A stretch of 63,856 nucleotides of DNA, filler included, from Welwitschia mirabilis (Eukaryota): NCBI GenBank assembly GCA_051453625.1. It is 8 parts of one record of this genome, joined end to end, with 100 filler letters (N's around TTAATTAATTAA, not from the genome) between each part and the next. Parts side by side here need not be neighbours in the genome. Positions count along the whole stretch, not along the records: positions 6,353 to 30,216 come from JBOZIK010000001.1; 7 more parts are not named here. One strand, given 5' to 3'. How positions within the stretch are numbered: position 1 is the stretch's first letter; the number at the start of each line of letters is the position of its first letter. The notes below the pieces were generated by a model. That model was given only the letters and a program-made list of their open reading frames with translations. It was not told the DNA's origin and searched no databases. Below are positions 13,240-26,243 of this stretch, in pieces. Position numbers and translations under genes: made by a program.

Positions 13240-16200
13240 GATGGCAAAAACAAGCTTTTTAGAAAGACAATCCATTTCTAGGCCCCTGCTATTCCCTGGA
13301 AGCAACTATGCTCATTGGGAATCAAAGATGACCATTTTCTTAACCTCTCTGGACATAGACATATGGGAAACGATTATGAAGAAATATGAACCCTCTACAA
13401 TGATTGACTCAAATGGAGTTGTTTCTTTCAAGCTTTGAGCAAGCTGGTATGAAGATGACAAGAGATAGGCTAGATTGAACGCTTAAGCTATGAATGCAAT
13501 AATCTGTGCACTTGCTCCAAAAGAATATGATCGTGTTGTTCAATGCACTTCTGCATAGGAAATGTGGGAAACTCTAAAGATAGCTCGTGGTGGAACTAGT
13601 ATAGTCAAGAATACAAAGTTAGCTGTTGAATACTAAGTTCGAAAACATAAAGATAGAAGAGTATGAAACTGTTGCTAAATATATGACAAAGATTAGTAAC
13701 ATTGCGAACAATATATGGGGTCTTGGAGAGAAGATTCCTGAGAATTGAATAGTGTGCAAGATTCTTAGAAGCCTAACAAGGAAGTTTAGACTAAAGTAAC
13801 TACAATAAAAGAAAGCAAAGATATAGATTAGATTAGAGTAGGGGAATTAAAAGGATCTCTAATGGCATGTGAAGCCACTCTTCCACCTGAAGATGAAGCT
13901 CCAATGAAAAAGAGCATAGCTTTCTAGGCTAATGAAGAAGTTGAAGATGACTTCTCATTTGAGGAAGATGAGGATGAGGATCTTGCATTACTTATCCGAA
14001 ACTTCAAAACGTTTTGGAGAAGAAGGAGAGAAGGAAAACCACCAAAGAGAACAAGTAGACGTGGGAACGAAAAAGGTAAAAATCTTACTAATCCGATTCA
14101 ATGCTTTGAGTGTAGAGGGTTTGGCCAGGTAGCTTCAGAATGTGCCAATAAAAGGAAGGAAAGATTCTTAAAGGGAAAAGAAAAGAAAGCCTTGAAAGCA
14201 ACATGGAATGATTCAGACTATGAAGAGGACAATTCAAATAATGAAGAAGAAGTGCTCAATTTTGCACTTGTATCCATGATTGATGATGATGATTGTGACT
14301 CAAATTTTGGGCTAGTAGCCTCTGAAGTAGATTTGGAAACCGAATAGGTATGCTTTGAAAATGATTACAAAAAGTATCTTGATTTTGATTTAGATCATAA
14401 TGAGCTAGTAGATGCATATGGAAGTTTGTATAATGTTAGTGTAAGCTTGGGAAAGGAAAATATATTACTGAAAAATCAATCAAATCATTTAGAATGTAAA
14501 TTGCTTGAGGCTAACAATATGATAGAGATGTTGTCCAAAGAATTGTAGGATGCCAGGAATATTGCTGATTGTCTAGTCCAAGGAAGTGAAAATCTCAACA
14601 TGGTTTTAGGTAAAGAGAGATCTCCTTTTGACAACCTGGAATTGGGAGCTCATCAAGTATGTCAATTACTTATCAACACTTCTGTCCTACTGTAAAATAT
14701 CAGTCTTTTGGAAAAACTAGTCTGAGATATTATTTTTGCAATAGATATGAACATGTACAATTTTTTGTTCCTTATAAAAAATCGTTATACTTTTGATAAA
14801 ATTACAATTTTTGTTTTGAAAACCAAACACTCATGAGTGGGTAGTCAAGTGGGAAAAAAAGACAAATAAGATGGGTTAGAAAAAATTTCAGAACCACCTT
14901 CTTTGCTCATACTGCGTTTAAAGTTCAAGAAAAGACCAATTGGTATCTTGATACTGAATGCTCACGTCACATGATAGAAAACAAAAGTTTGCTAACCTCC
15001 TTTCAGGAATATGATGGAGGTGAAGTCAGCTTTGGTGACAATGTAAAAGGTCACATAATTGGAAAAGGTTCCATAGCAATAAGCGATCATCATCCTATGA
15101 TTCACGATGTCTACCTGGTTGATGGTCTGAAACACAACCTTCTTAGCATTTTCCAAATATGTGACAAAGGTAACATTGTATCATTTTTTTCAAGATAAAT
15201 GCGTTGTTTAGAATTCTATAATTAATGACATAGTTCTCACTAGTGGTAGATCAAAGTGCATATATGTTATTGGTTGCAATGATAAGAGAGGAGAAGTGTG
15301 CCACATAGTTCTCTCAAATGAAGTGAACTTATGGCATAGAAGATTGGGACACATGAACCTAAAAGATCTAAGAGATATTTTCTTAAATGAAATAATAAAA
15401 GGTGTTCCCAAGCTTGACATATCTCAAGCAAAGGTATGTGGCTCATGTATCAGGGATAAGCTTATTCGTTCAAGTTTTAAAAGCAAGAAAAAAATTACTT
15501 CATCAAGAGATCTAGACCTTCCTTACATGGGTTTAGTAGGCCCAACTCACAGTAGAAGTAAAGGAGGAAAGAGATATTTTTTGTTAGTTGATGATTTTTC
15601 TAGATTTACTTGGGTGGCGTTTTCGTCAAGTAAAGATGAAGTGTACAATATGTTCCTTGAGATTGTCAAAAAGGTTCCAAATGAGAAAGAGTGCAGTACT
15701 AAAGCCATTCATTTTGATAGAAGAGGTGAATTTGATAATGAAAGGTTTGAAACCTTTTGTAATTCTAATGGAATTAATCATCAATTTTCAAAACCTAGAA
15801 CTCCTCAACAGAATGGTATTGCAAAATGTGAGAATCGAGTTTTAATTGAGATGCTTGAACAATGTTAAATGAGCAATCTCTTCCTCAACATCTTTGGGCG
15901 AAAGTAATTAATACAACTTGTTATGTTTGCAACAGAGTCTTTCTTCGTCCTAGTACTAAAAGAACTACTTAGGAGCTATGGCATGGTAAAAAGCATACTA
16001 TAAGTTCTTTTGAGGTTTTTGGGATTAAGCGTTTTATTGTTAGAGATAAACATCCTATAGGAAAATTTGAGTCCAAAGCAGATGAAGGGATTTTTCTTTG
16101 ATACATTTTAACTAGTGAGGCCTATAGAGTTTTCAACAAAGCTTCTAACAGGGTAGAGGAATTAGCCCATGTAAGGGTAGAAGAGTGCAATCAAAGTGAT

Positions 16201-16990
16201 ATTGAACACCATAGGAAAGATGAAGAAGATGAAATCATTGGTGACCCCTCCACGGTGCAAGTTAGAATGGATGATTAGCCTTCTACATCTAGTAATGAAG
16301 AAAAAGGTGTAAACAAATGCTCATCTCTTTCTCTCAGAACTAGAAGAGACCATTCAAACATTAATGTTGTAAGTGATCCATCTCAAGAAACAACTACTAG
16401 AAGTGGTAAGTATATAAGTCATAGCTTTCTCTGCTTTATCTCTGAACTAGAGTCCAAAACGTTTCAAGAAGCTGAGGACAATGAAGCATGGATGTTGGCA
16501 ATGCAAAAGGAATTGAATCAATTTGAGAGGAACAAAGTTTGGAACATAGTTCCTGCTCCTACAAATAAAAACATTATTGGAACCAAGTGGTTTTACAAGA
16601 ACAAGAAAGATGAACACCACAATATAGTGTAAAACAAAGCTCGATTAGTAGCTCAAGGGTACTACCAACAGGAAGGAATAGACTATTGTGAGACATATGT
16701 TCCCGTTGCAAAGTTAGAAGCCATTCGTATATTGTTAGCATTTGCTTGCTTTCATAAGAATAAATTGTTTCAAATAGACGTTAAGAGTGCCTTTTTAAAT
16801 GGATACGTTAATGAGAAAGTTTATGTGGTTCAACCTCTCAGATTTATAGATCCTATATTTTCCAGTTATGTTTACAAAGTTGACAAAGCTTTTTATGGCC
16901 TTAAACAAGCCCCATAGGCTTGGTTTGACAGGTTAAAGACCTTCGTTTTATTCAAAGGATTCTCTAAAGGTAACACAGATTCAACGTTAT
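13240..16990 (+). pseudogene. Degraded gag-pol of Sirevirus element 2, truncated within RT
   Basis: MAKTSFLERQSISRPLLFPGSNYAHW gag start, zinc knuckle CFECRGFGQVASEC (~14100), WYLDTECSRHM, LWHRRLGHMN, RTPQQNG, DVKSAFLNG, KAFYGLKQAP. Homology stops at ~16990, before the YVDD motif. Confidence 0.92.
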
Positions 16991-17411
16991 GTTGGGAAAT
17001 CATGTTGGGAAGACATGTTGCCATTGTGTCAGCAATATGTCGGAGCAAAATGTCGGCAATTGTTCTTCTTAAAAAAATGCAAAGCTTATTAATTTTATGA
17101 GATGTGCAATCAATCAATGCTCTATTGGCAAAAATGGATTTTTCATGGGAAAATCGTGATTTTTTCCTTCAATTTTTCTTCTTGTTCATTGGTCTATTGC
17201 ACATAAAATGGTTTTTTCCCATGCCGGAAAATGGTTTTAATGGTACCTACGTGAGACATTTTGAAAACATTGGCAACATGTCAGTGAAAAGTCGGCAATG
17301 TTGGCATGTCGCTGACTTTTTCAAAATGTTAGTCAAAAATGTCAACCAACTTCAAGACATTTTCAAAGTGCTATCACCCTTTGTTGTCGACATGTGACAT
17401 TTTACTCACTG
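16990..17411. mobile_element. Probable fragment of a non-autonomous DNA transposon (hAT-like MITE end)
   Basis: Clustered TGTCGG/CATGTCG/CGACATG subterminal-type motifs ending in ...GACATTTTACTCACTG (reverse complement CAGTGAGTAAAATGTC, a hAT-like TIR start). The other end is not seen. Confidence 0.45.
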
Positions 17412-17797
17412 ATACCTTGATATTATCTTTCATCCATTTAAATCGATTCTGTTCTATTCTCAATATTTAAGCATACGATCTTAGTTTCTAAATCTGAAAT
17501 AATGCTTGAATATCCCACCTACTTATCTCGGACGTCCCTACCTTTTATTATTTGGACGTCCCCTATTTTTCCCAGATGTCTGCCTACATATTTTACTGTC
17601 AAAGCTAAGTTTAATCTTGGACGTTTTACCTATTGCTCCCAGACGTCTGACTTTTAAAACTGTGCGAGATGCCTGCGGTTTGTCCACCTTTTTGAATACC
17701 TTGCTAGTCCCTCATTCTTATGTCACTTTGTCTTACTCCTCTCCTTAGCTCCTCCTCAATCACTCTGACTCTCTTGCATTCAAATTCTTGTTCTGTG

Positions 17798-18843
17798 ATG
17801 GGGAGATCCCAGCTAGCTGCCAAGAGGAAAGGAAAGGAAGCAGCCACATCTTCAGACGATACTTGGTTTATTTTAGAAGACCATTGTAAGTTCTGGATAA
17901 CTTCTTTTCTAAATAAGCCTATAGCCCCAGAAAGGAGAACAGACCATGACTCATTTAAACATGAGCTAAGGATCCTTCACAAACTTGGAGAGCTAGAATG
18001 GCAATACGCCCTAGATTTAGAAACTCAAGCTTTGGTGAAAATGGTATGACTTTTTAATTGTAATGGGCACTTTGATAGATACAATGACAAGATTACGTTT
18101 CGGGTTTACGGCAAAGAGATTGAGATTACATTAGACATGATTTCTGAAGTTTCTGGATTCCCAAATGAAGGTGCTTTGTATAATATTATATCAGTACAAT
18201 CTTTAGAGGAAGCCATTTCTAAGGAAACCCTCACACTTGAATTATTTGAAAAACTAGTTGGATGGAAAGTAAATATTCCCACTAATCAACCGCTACCACT
18301 TTATAGACTTATTTTTCAGATATGCACTCACAAGAAAGTGTCCAAGCTTGGTCATAAAGATGAAGTGTCATCAACTTGTGCTTATATCATATATTTCTTA
18401 GGATAGGGAATCAAATTTAACTTATGCAAGTTCATTTTGACTTATATGGGCTAGTTCCTTATTGCGAACAATGCCAACCTTCCCTTTGTTGGCATCATCA
18501 CTACTTTGCTAGTAAATTTGGATTTTCATATTGAGAAGGATGAAGAATTTGTCAAAGTGCTCAAGCCTTTGGATATATCTTCTCTAAATAAAATGAACTT
18601 TTTTTCTAAAACTATGGCTCCTACTCCTCCTCCTCCTCATTAGAAATGCAAATGAGTTGGGGAAAGCTCTTAATCTTTAGAAATTTCCAATTTTGTACTA
18701 CTTCAGATAATATAGAGGATTGACCAAAAACTAGAGAGAATCTTCTTTGGTGTCTCTGCTTATGGATTTGACATTCCTCTAGGCTCAAATGAGGAAGCAG
18801 AACATCCATAGGCAAAGGATTCTTCCCATACAAACTCCTCTGA
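17798..18843 (+). pseudogene. env-like / putative plant transposon protein ORF of Sirevirus element 2 (broken)
   Basis: Collinear ORF pieces starting MGRSQLAAKRKGKE..., including LVKMV*LF*C and NLPFVGIIT, located between pol and the PPT as expected for the Sirevirus extra ORF. Confidence 0.7.
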
Positions 18844-19619
18844 TTGACCCCTCCCTTTTTATCTTTTTTGTCCTTCGTTCTTCACTTAGTTAGCTACCAT
18901 TTGTATGTCTTTCTCAATGATGACAAAGGGGAAGAAACTGANNNNNNNNNNNNNNNNNNNNNNNNNNNNNNNNNNNNNNNNNNNNNNNNNNNNNNNNNNN
19001 NNNNNNNNNNNNNNNNNNNNNNNNNNNNNNNNNNNNNNNNNTATGGAAGGAATCATAATCCCTATTAAGTGATTTACATAATATTTGTCCAAATGTAAAT
19101 TTTAAATAGATAAACTTAGTTGTAACTATTCTACCATAATTTTGGATCTCTTGATCAAGTAATGTTTGATTAAATCCTTTATTATTTACCTAAGTTTCTT
19201 TAATTTCAAAAATTTCTAGAGCATATATTTTATTGTCAAAATCCACAATATGCCTATCTTTATAATGATTTGATGACATTAAGCTTAATTCACAGAAATT
19301 AATGATTGTGAATGAGACATTTTCTTAGGACCTTGGGACATAACGTAGTTTGTTCAACCCATAATTATAAGTTAGGAGCTCTATTATCTTGGGATTGAAT
19401 CTTATAACATGGAGGTTGGCTTGTAATTCCTATCCATGAATCTAAAATACAATGAAGCATGGGCTTCAACTTCTTAAGTATAAATCATGAGTAAGACCTA
19501 AACATTTGTTGGCTAGTTTCTAAGCCAGTAAGAGATACATATAAGCTTTCATTCATCGAAGTAAAACACTAACTTGATATTTTGGAAATATATTTAAAAT
19601 ATGCTACTATTTAAGAAAA

Positions 19620-19680
19620 AGTGGAGAAGCTCAGCAGAACAGAGTAGAGTGGAGGAAAGAAAATCATGAAGCTATGCTTT
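19620..19680 (+). mobile_element. Possible 3' tip of an RTE-clade LINE
   Basis: Translates AQQNRVEWRKENHEA, resembling the plant RTE C-terminal DRxEWRxxIHxA motif; very short. Confidence 0.3.
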
Positions 19681-20199
19681 CACTCTAAGAAGCACAGTAG
19701 GAGCAGTCACAATGGCATTGTGAAAGACATTTTTGATGTGTCTTCAATGAACTAGTGTTTTCTCTCTCTCTTTTATGATTGCCTCATGCTATTTTTTTTG
19801 ATTGACAATCTTTAAAGCTTACTTTTAAGGCATTTTCATATGGCACATATTTAATAAACCCTCTTGTTGACTCATTGATGACACATTCTACTATTAAAAC
19901 CTAAAAGGGAATAGTAGAATATGCTTAGATCTAACTTTGATTTTTCTACCCCTAAGGGAAGGTTTTTTAATCAATGACTCAAAAATTTGGAAAACCTAAA
20001 AGGGAGGACTCAAGTGGATCTAAGGTGTCCAAGGTAGTGGAAGCACATCTAGATCTTCAATGGCAGTAGAATCCCCTGGTATGAAATCTTATATAACATT
20101 AGGAAAAAAAAAAAATAATCCTTAAAGTTTTCCCAACTTGGATTTTTGCTTTAAATGTTATGGTGGCACATTCCATGCTAAGATGCCTATGAACTATTC

Positions 20200-22080
20200 T
20201 AATCATTTGGATTCTTAATTCAAAAATAGTCTTATTAATAAATTCTAATCCTCAAGAGAGCTTCCCTTCATAGAAAATGTATGCTTATGGTATGACCAAT
20301 GATTTCCATTAAAATGTAAGATAGAGGTTGACTGTTTCATTTTATTTTTGATTCAGAAGATGATATAAGTAAGGTTTGGCTAAGAGGCTTTTATTTTTTT
20401 AGCTAAAGAGGTTTGGCTTTAATAAAATTATCTTCTTTTATTCTTGATAAACTCTCCATATTTGAGAAGATTCTAGTTTAGATTCATGTTTTAGACCCTC
20501 ATTAAGAAATGTGGCACTCTTATTTTCTCAAGTAATTTGAATATACTTTACAAAAATTTGTTAAACTTAATATAACTATTAATCTCATGGAAAAAATTGC
20601 AATGGGTATAATTTATATTTATATGAAATCAAAAAGTTGTAATGTAGACAAAATCAAATTTGATACAATGTGGGGGCGAATAACCTTCAATCTTAAAATT
20701 GAAAATCTTCATATACAATGCTAAAAATGTGGTGTACATGAACACACAATGAAAAAATGCTAAAAAAAAAGTTAAAAAAATGAATTAGCATTACGTCAAG
20801 AAAAATAAAAAAGATAAACCACCTTTAGTCCCAAAGTTCATCATGCAAACAAACAAATATGATATTCTTCCAGAAGAAGAACCAAAACAGAGGAAAGAAA
20901 AAGAAACAAAAAAAAAACTATGCCAAAGTAGAAAAAGAAGTAGAGCATGCACACAACACATCAAACTTAGTACCGACACATCATTCCTAATAATAGTCAT
21001 TGATGAAAATGGGACAAAAACTTAAAGGTGGTGGAAACAATGTTGATGAGTGTATTACAAAGGCACTGATAAATAACAAAACTAGAAAACTAGGATAGAC
21101 AAAAAAAAGAATAATAATAAATGCCCAAAGAGGAAGGATTAAAAAAGAGAGAAAGGAGGATATATTCAATGGTAAGCAATCTTAACTCTTCTTTTCATGA
21201 TTATTTTCTAGAACTGCAAAGGCCTTTAGGAATGACCAAAAAATTTCCTACCTTTAGAGTCTCTTAAAGGACTTACTAGTTTTTATGTGTCTTCTTCAAA
21301 AACTAAATTTGATTATCTAAAAATCATCCATTTTTATGCAACATTTTCTTGATCCTTTATTGATTATGGGTACAAAAGGAGTATTAGTAATTCTCTAGAA
21401 GAATGATAACATATCTACTATTAGCAAGAGTAACAACTACCTTACTGTGGATTGGATTTTTAATGATCCAAAGAGAAGAATCACCAAAGTCTATGGGCCT
21501 TAGGAAGTAGATCAAAGACTCTAATGCCTTTAACACATTATATTAGATTTTCTAGATATCATTATGAATGACTTTAATCAAATCCTTAGTCCTCATGAGA
21601 AGCTCGATAATGTTTTTAATCTCTTTAATATTGATTTTTTTCAATTTTATCAATATGCATAACCTTATATATCTTCATGATGATTTCTATACTTGGAGTA
21701 ATCTCAAGAAAAGTGAAAATCTTGTTATGTCAAGAATTAATACATGTTAGTTAAAAACTCTAATGAGAATTTCTTTCTTAAAGGAAAATCTAGATTCTTT
21801 TCTAATTATAGGCCTATAATCCTAATAATGAACTCCCCTCAAAATAAGTCTCTCTTTTATTTTAAGCACTTTTGGTTGAAAGATCCAAACTACATAGAGT
21901 TGGTCAATCATATTTAAAATACTCTGGTGAAAGGTAATGCTACTTTTAGATTATTTTAAAAGCTTAAAATTTTAAGGCATGAGTTAATTATTTGGAAGAA
22001 ATGGTTGAATGATTTTTCTAAAAGCATTAAGAATCAATTATTAAAGGAGATAAGAATTATCCAAAAGTATACTAAAGCTA
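20200..22080 (+). mobile_element. L1-clade LINE remnant: ORF1 and the endonuclease part of ORF2
   Basis: FHFYFDSEDDISKVWLRG (DUF4283-like, ~20335), CX2CX4HX4C knuckle C*KCGVHEHTMKKC (~20720-20760), then APE endonuclease motifs in order: MIIF*NCKG (~21197), VYGP, MNDFN, YTWSN, SRIN, SNYRPI. RT absent. Confidence 0.8.
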
Positions 22081-23774
22081 TCAGTTTTTATTTAGGTTTT
22101 GAAGCACTTTAAACTTATTTATAATAAAGTTAGTGTAAACCTTACTATAATAAGAATATCAAAAAAATTATATTAAGAACATGAACATATAGAGTAGCAT
22201 TGGATTTATCCATGGGGTTCCATTAATCTTGATTTTTTGATACTAGTATGATGTTCTCATTAACATCATTTTTGGATAGAGTGGACACAATGTAACCATT
22301 GTAGATTACTTTCTCTATGTCTACATCTAGAGATCTATGAAATATTCTTATACGGGCCTTCTAGTAGGCATCGTTTATCTCATTAAACATAGGTGGTCAT
22401 CTAGTAGAAAAGCCATCTAAAGGATTACTCATATTTAGGGTTCAGGAGTTTAGACATATTAGGATCTACCAATGATTCTATCTAGATTTAATACCAAATG
22501 AAAGATTTACAATCCTAAAGGAAAGATGAATAGGATTTTAAAAAATAAATAAATAAATTTACCCACTATCTCCACAAGTAATGAATACTAAAATATTTTT
22601 GCAAGTGAAAAACTAAAAACAATTTGAAAATAAATAACTAAAAGTACAAAATACCAATGAAGATTGACATATGATTTATAGTAATTTAAGAAACCCCCTA
22701 GTCCACTCTTGATGATCAACATCTACCTAAGCCTGATCCAAATCTTTGTTAATCACTTTCCATGTATTCCAGGTTTACTTATATCCTTCAAAATTAGACT
22801 TTTTAGAGGCTTAGTCTCAATCTTTAAAGAGAATGAATGCAGTGATAATGGCATGCCGTAATGCATAGGTTCCATTAGATTTGAAGCTTAAGAATGATAT
22901 TGCTACATTACTAAAGATGATATTATAATTCATAAATGTACCATGCAAACTGATTGACCAAGTACAAATGATAACAAAAGATATTTATTCGTCTTTGGTT
23001 AGATAGGAGATGTGCTAATAGAAAGCTAATCAATAGATATTCAACAATGCTACATTAGGTTGGTACAATGATTTTGACTATTATAAAATATATAGGAGAA
23101 GATTTTTAAGGTTTTATAAGTAAAAAGATTCTCCAATGAATAAAAATGGATGCCTAAATAAGTAGAAAAAAATCCAATTTCTATCATAGCTAGTCGACCC
23201 CTAAAAATGTTTAGTCGACCCCATCAAGTGTTGTCAGTAAAGTCGATCATCCTTAGCTTCTTTTGATTAATTCAAGTTTCTTTTAACTTCATTTCTAGTT
23301 GAAAAATCAGAGATCTAGTCAACTACATATTTATCTAGTTAACCCCATATTCAAAAAAATGCAAAATAGTATTTATGACTTAGGTTAAGTCTCCACTTAA
23401 AAGTCGGATTGACCCCTAGATGACAAAGGATGAAAACATTTCACTCCAAGTCTAGTTAATCCCTTTGGAATCCTGTTGATCCCTTAATGTTTAGATGTGA
23501 TAAATTTGATGCTTAGGTTTGATCAACCCCTTAGGAATCTACTTGAATCCTTTGCAATCTATTTTTGATAATTTATGATTTAATTTCGGTCAATCCTATA
23601 GGAATCCAGTTGACCCCTTTGAGGGTATGAAACTTGTTAGGTTCAGATTCGATTTGTGACAAAATATTACTGCTTCTGATCTACAAATATTAATATTTTT
23701 TACAAATAATACAACATGTTCTGTTAAATAAAAAATTTTAGTTTGACATCAATTTGATAAATTTTAACTCAATA
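22080..23774 (-). mobile_element. Sirevirus 5' fragment: LTR (23774-22499), degenerate PBS, start of gag
   Basis: LTR with a GTCGACCCC array like that at 59770-61150, a decayed C-rich end, PBS-like TGGTATTAAATC, and gag from 22432 MSNPLDGFSTR*PPMFNEINDAY*KARIRIF. Confidence 0.75.
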
Positions 23775-23979
23775 GTATTTTCAGATTGTGGTATTTAGTA
23801 AATTTTATTTGTTTATAGATTTTACTTCATTATGACTAAGGTTTTATAATCTTTTTTGTTTATAATAGGTAAATGCTTAATAGCTCTATAAAATACCAAA
23901 ATTCTCATACATTAGCTCCTATAAAGGAAACAAAAGATATAAGTTAGGCCCAACATAAACAAATTATGAAGGTATAATG

Positions 23980-24540
23980 TGGTGTAAGAATGAAAATCAG
24001 GGAATTTTGAGTGGATAGTTCTACAAATTCATCTTCCAAATTATTAAATTTTCTATCTATGAGGGATATAGTATCATGAATTAAAGTAAGCTATGGAGGT
24101 TTAAAGGAATGTACTACTTGTAGCTTGAGTTAATAATGCTGTGCACAAGCTAAATGAAGTTTTGGAAGCTTAAAATATTTCTTAAGGTTTAAAAGAGCTA
24201 ATATCTTCCATTGTGTTTTAGGAATCCCACATAATGGTCAGACACTCATAAGCAATTCATTGCAGAGTAGGAAATTAAGGATCTGTAGCATAGGAATTCA
24301 AATTTCATAGTCATGTGAAATTAATTTAAAGTTTCAACAACAAAAATGATTTTGATAGACAACCCTCTACCCTAAGGTTTTAAAGCACAAGATAATGAAA
24401 TCATTTAAAATTCCCTATAAAATAGGAAAACACTCTATCCTATAGGAGTATTTTAAATTTAATAAAGAAAACAACAAGATCATTTAAAATTACTAAAAAA
24501 TCCCTTTAAAAAGAATAAAAATAAAATACTCCTATCTTAA
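23980..24540 (-). repeat. Possible 3' LTR of a CRM-like gypsy derivative
   Basis: Minus strand ends CATTCTTACACCA (CRM-like ...CTTACATCA) and begins near GCAGGAGCTTAAGATAGGAG, directly after the duplicated internal unit. Boundaries inferred. Confidence 0.35.
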
Positions 24541-24735
24541 GCTCCTGCTATAAGGAAGATTTTGTTTTTGTCTTCTATAGCAACTGAATCCTCTACAACA
24601 ACCAAATCTTTTTTGCATGTTCTGTGTCAGTTCCACTTTTCCTAGATAAAATGTTAAAATTGCAATACTTTGTCACTTTAATCCTCTAATTATTATTGCC
24701 TAATGAAAGATTCTCAATAAGAGATGTCATCGCCC

Positions 24736-25860
24736 TCTATTATAAAATCACTCTAGTGTCATATACCCCAACTTTTTGTGCATCTGCGCTTTTACCAGAT
24801 GGATCTCTCTTAAACTTTAACTCTTTACAAACCTTTTATGATTCTGGTTTAAGTGCTAAAGAAGATTATAATCTTGACCTCATCATAGGCACTGTCATCC
24901 TCCTCCTCTCCTATGATCTTCATAAGAGGCATGGGCTTCTTTGACTACTTTAAAGAAATGGATCCCAGTCTCCTCTAGAAGAACACATCGTAGGATATCA
25001 ATGTTGTAAGAGAAGTGATAAATGTCATGTGCATTATCACTAGATCTCCCTTGGCATTAATGAAAATCATGAGAATATGATCAAATGGTAATAATTCATG
25101 TGATCTATTCTACATACTGTTCTTCTAATAACAATAAAAAAAGAACAAATCTTAATCTTGTCTCTTCCTCTTTTACCAGAAATCCAATGGCAAATCTTAT
25201 TCTACACTTAAAGATCTTCTTTGAAATCATAATAAACTAGAATGAGGTCGAGACAAGGAAATATGTGAATCTTATACTTCTTAGGAGCTACTATCTCTTA
25301 GAACTCTCCACAGCTTCTAATGGCCTAACCCCTCATTTAGCATAAGTAACATTTGCAAAACTTTATCCAAACACTCATTTGAAAATATTGAAATGGATGA
25401 ATTGCTCAAATAAATAGAACTAGTATTATCATTTATAAGATCCATTAAACTAATATGGTATTTTTTGAAAGATAGTTTATTTCTTAGGTCATCTTTAGCA
25501 GATCTAGGAGGTCTAAAAACTAAATTCAGATCATGAAGTATGCACAAAAATATCATTCATTAAAAATAGATTGAAGAAATCTCTACTATTAATTGACTTA
25601 GGAATATAACTCATTGGAGTAACAGATGGAATGTGCTTGGAGATCCTTGTACTTTTGCCAAGCCTCTACTAATCTTACAAGCTTAACTATCATAGAGGTA
25701 TTGATTCATTCATTACGCATTCCATTCTCATTCTTCTTTTTGAAATCCATCACATTCCTTACCAATAAGAATAATTCTCCCTTTTACCCACTACTTGATT
25801 GAATTTTTCTATCACCTCTATCCAGAGATAAGGTGAGGGTTAAGCTGTAGGTTGTAAAAC
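24736..25860 (-). repeat. Copy 1 (more decayed) of a ~1.1 kb direct repeat
   Basis: Collinear with 26244-27369 at an offset of ~1508 nt, roughly 80% identical by eye, mostly C>T/G>A in this copy. Confidence 0.92.
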
Positions 25861-26243
25861 TATGCTAAAAACTTCTCTTTAGCTATCATAGGATTAACAG
25901 GCATGAAACATGATGAGGTGGAAGAGTGAGCAATAGCCAATAATATGTGCAACAAGAAGAAGAGAATTACCAACAAAAAGAATAGGAATTACTAATGCTA
26001 GAAAGAAAATTAAATGATGTTATTGGCTCTATTAAATTGAAAATAGACTTTGTTAGTATGACTAAAAAATCTCAAGTATCATTGAGTCATAGAAAGTATA
26101 TAGTGCTAAGTCAATTCGAAATGTCAAGATGCTAATAACGCTCNNNNNNNNNNNNNNNNNNNNNNNNNNNNNNNNNNNNNNNNNNNNNNNNNNNNNNNNN
26201 NNNNNNNNNNNNNNNNNNNNNNNNNNNNNNNNNNNNNNNNNNN

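Larger units (their letters stand above)
11368..18941 (+). mobile_element. Sirevirus element 2 (5' LTR, PBS, gag-pol, env-like ORF, PPT); 3' LTR not seen
   Basis: LTR-end signature at 13136-13154, PBS, SIRE-type gag, pol domains, an extra ORF after pol, and a purine tract AAAGGGGAAGAAA just before the gap at 18942. Confidence 0.85.

Noticed and set aside
23190-23620. Spaced short repeats as a CRISPR-like array
   Set aside because: Irregular spacing, short degenerate cores, eukaryotic LTR context and no cas genes.
6054-23774. LTR at 22499-23774 and LTR end at 6054 as the two ends of element 1
   Set aside because: They share only the generic Sirevirus motifs. The 22.5 kb LTR has GTCGAC arrays whereas element 1 has GACGTC-type motifs, and a linker gap separates 6054-6252 from element 1.
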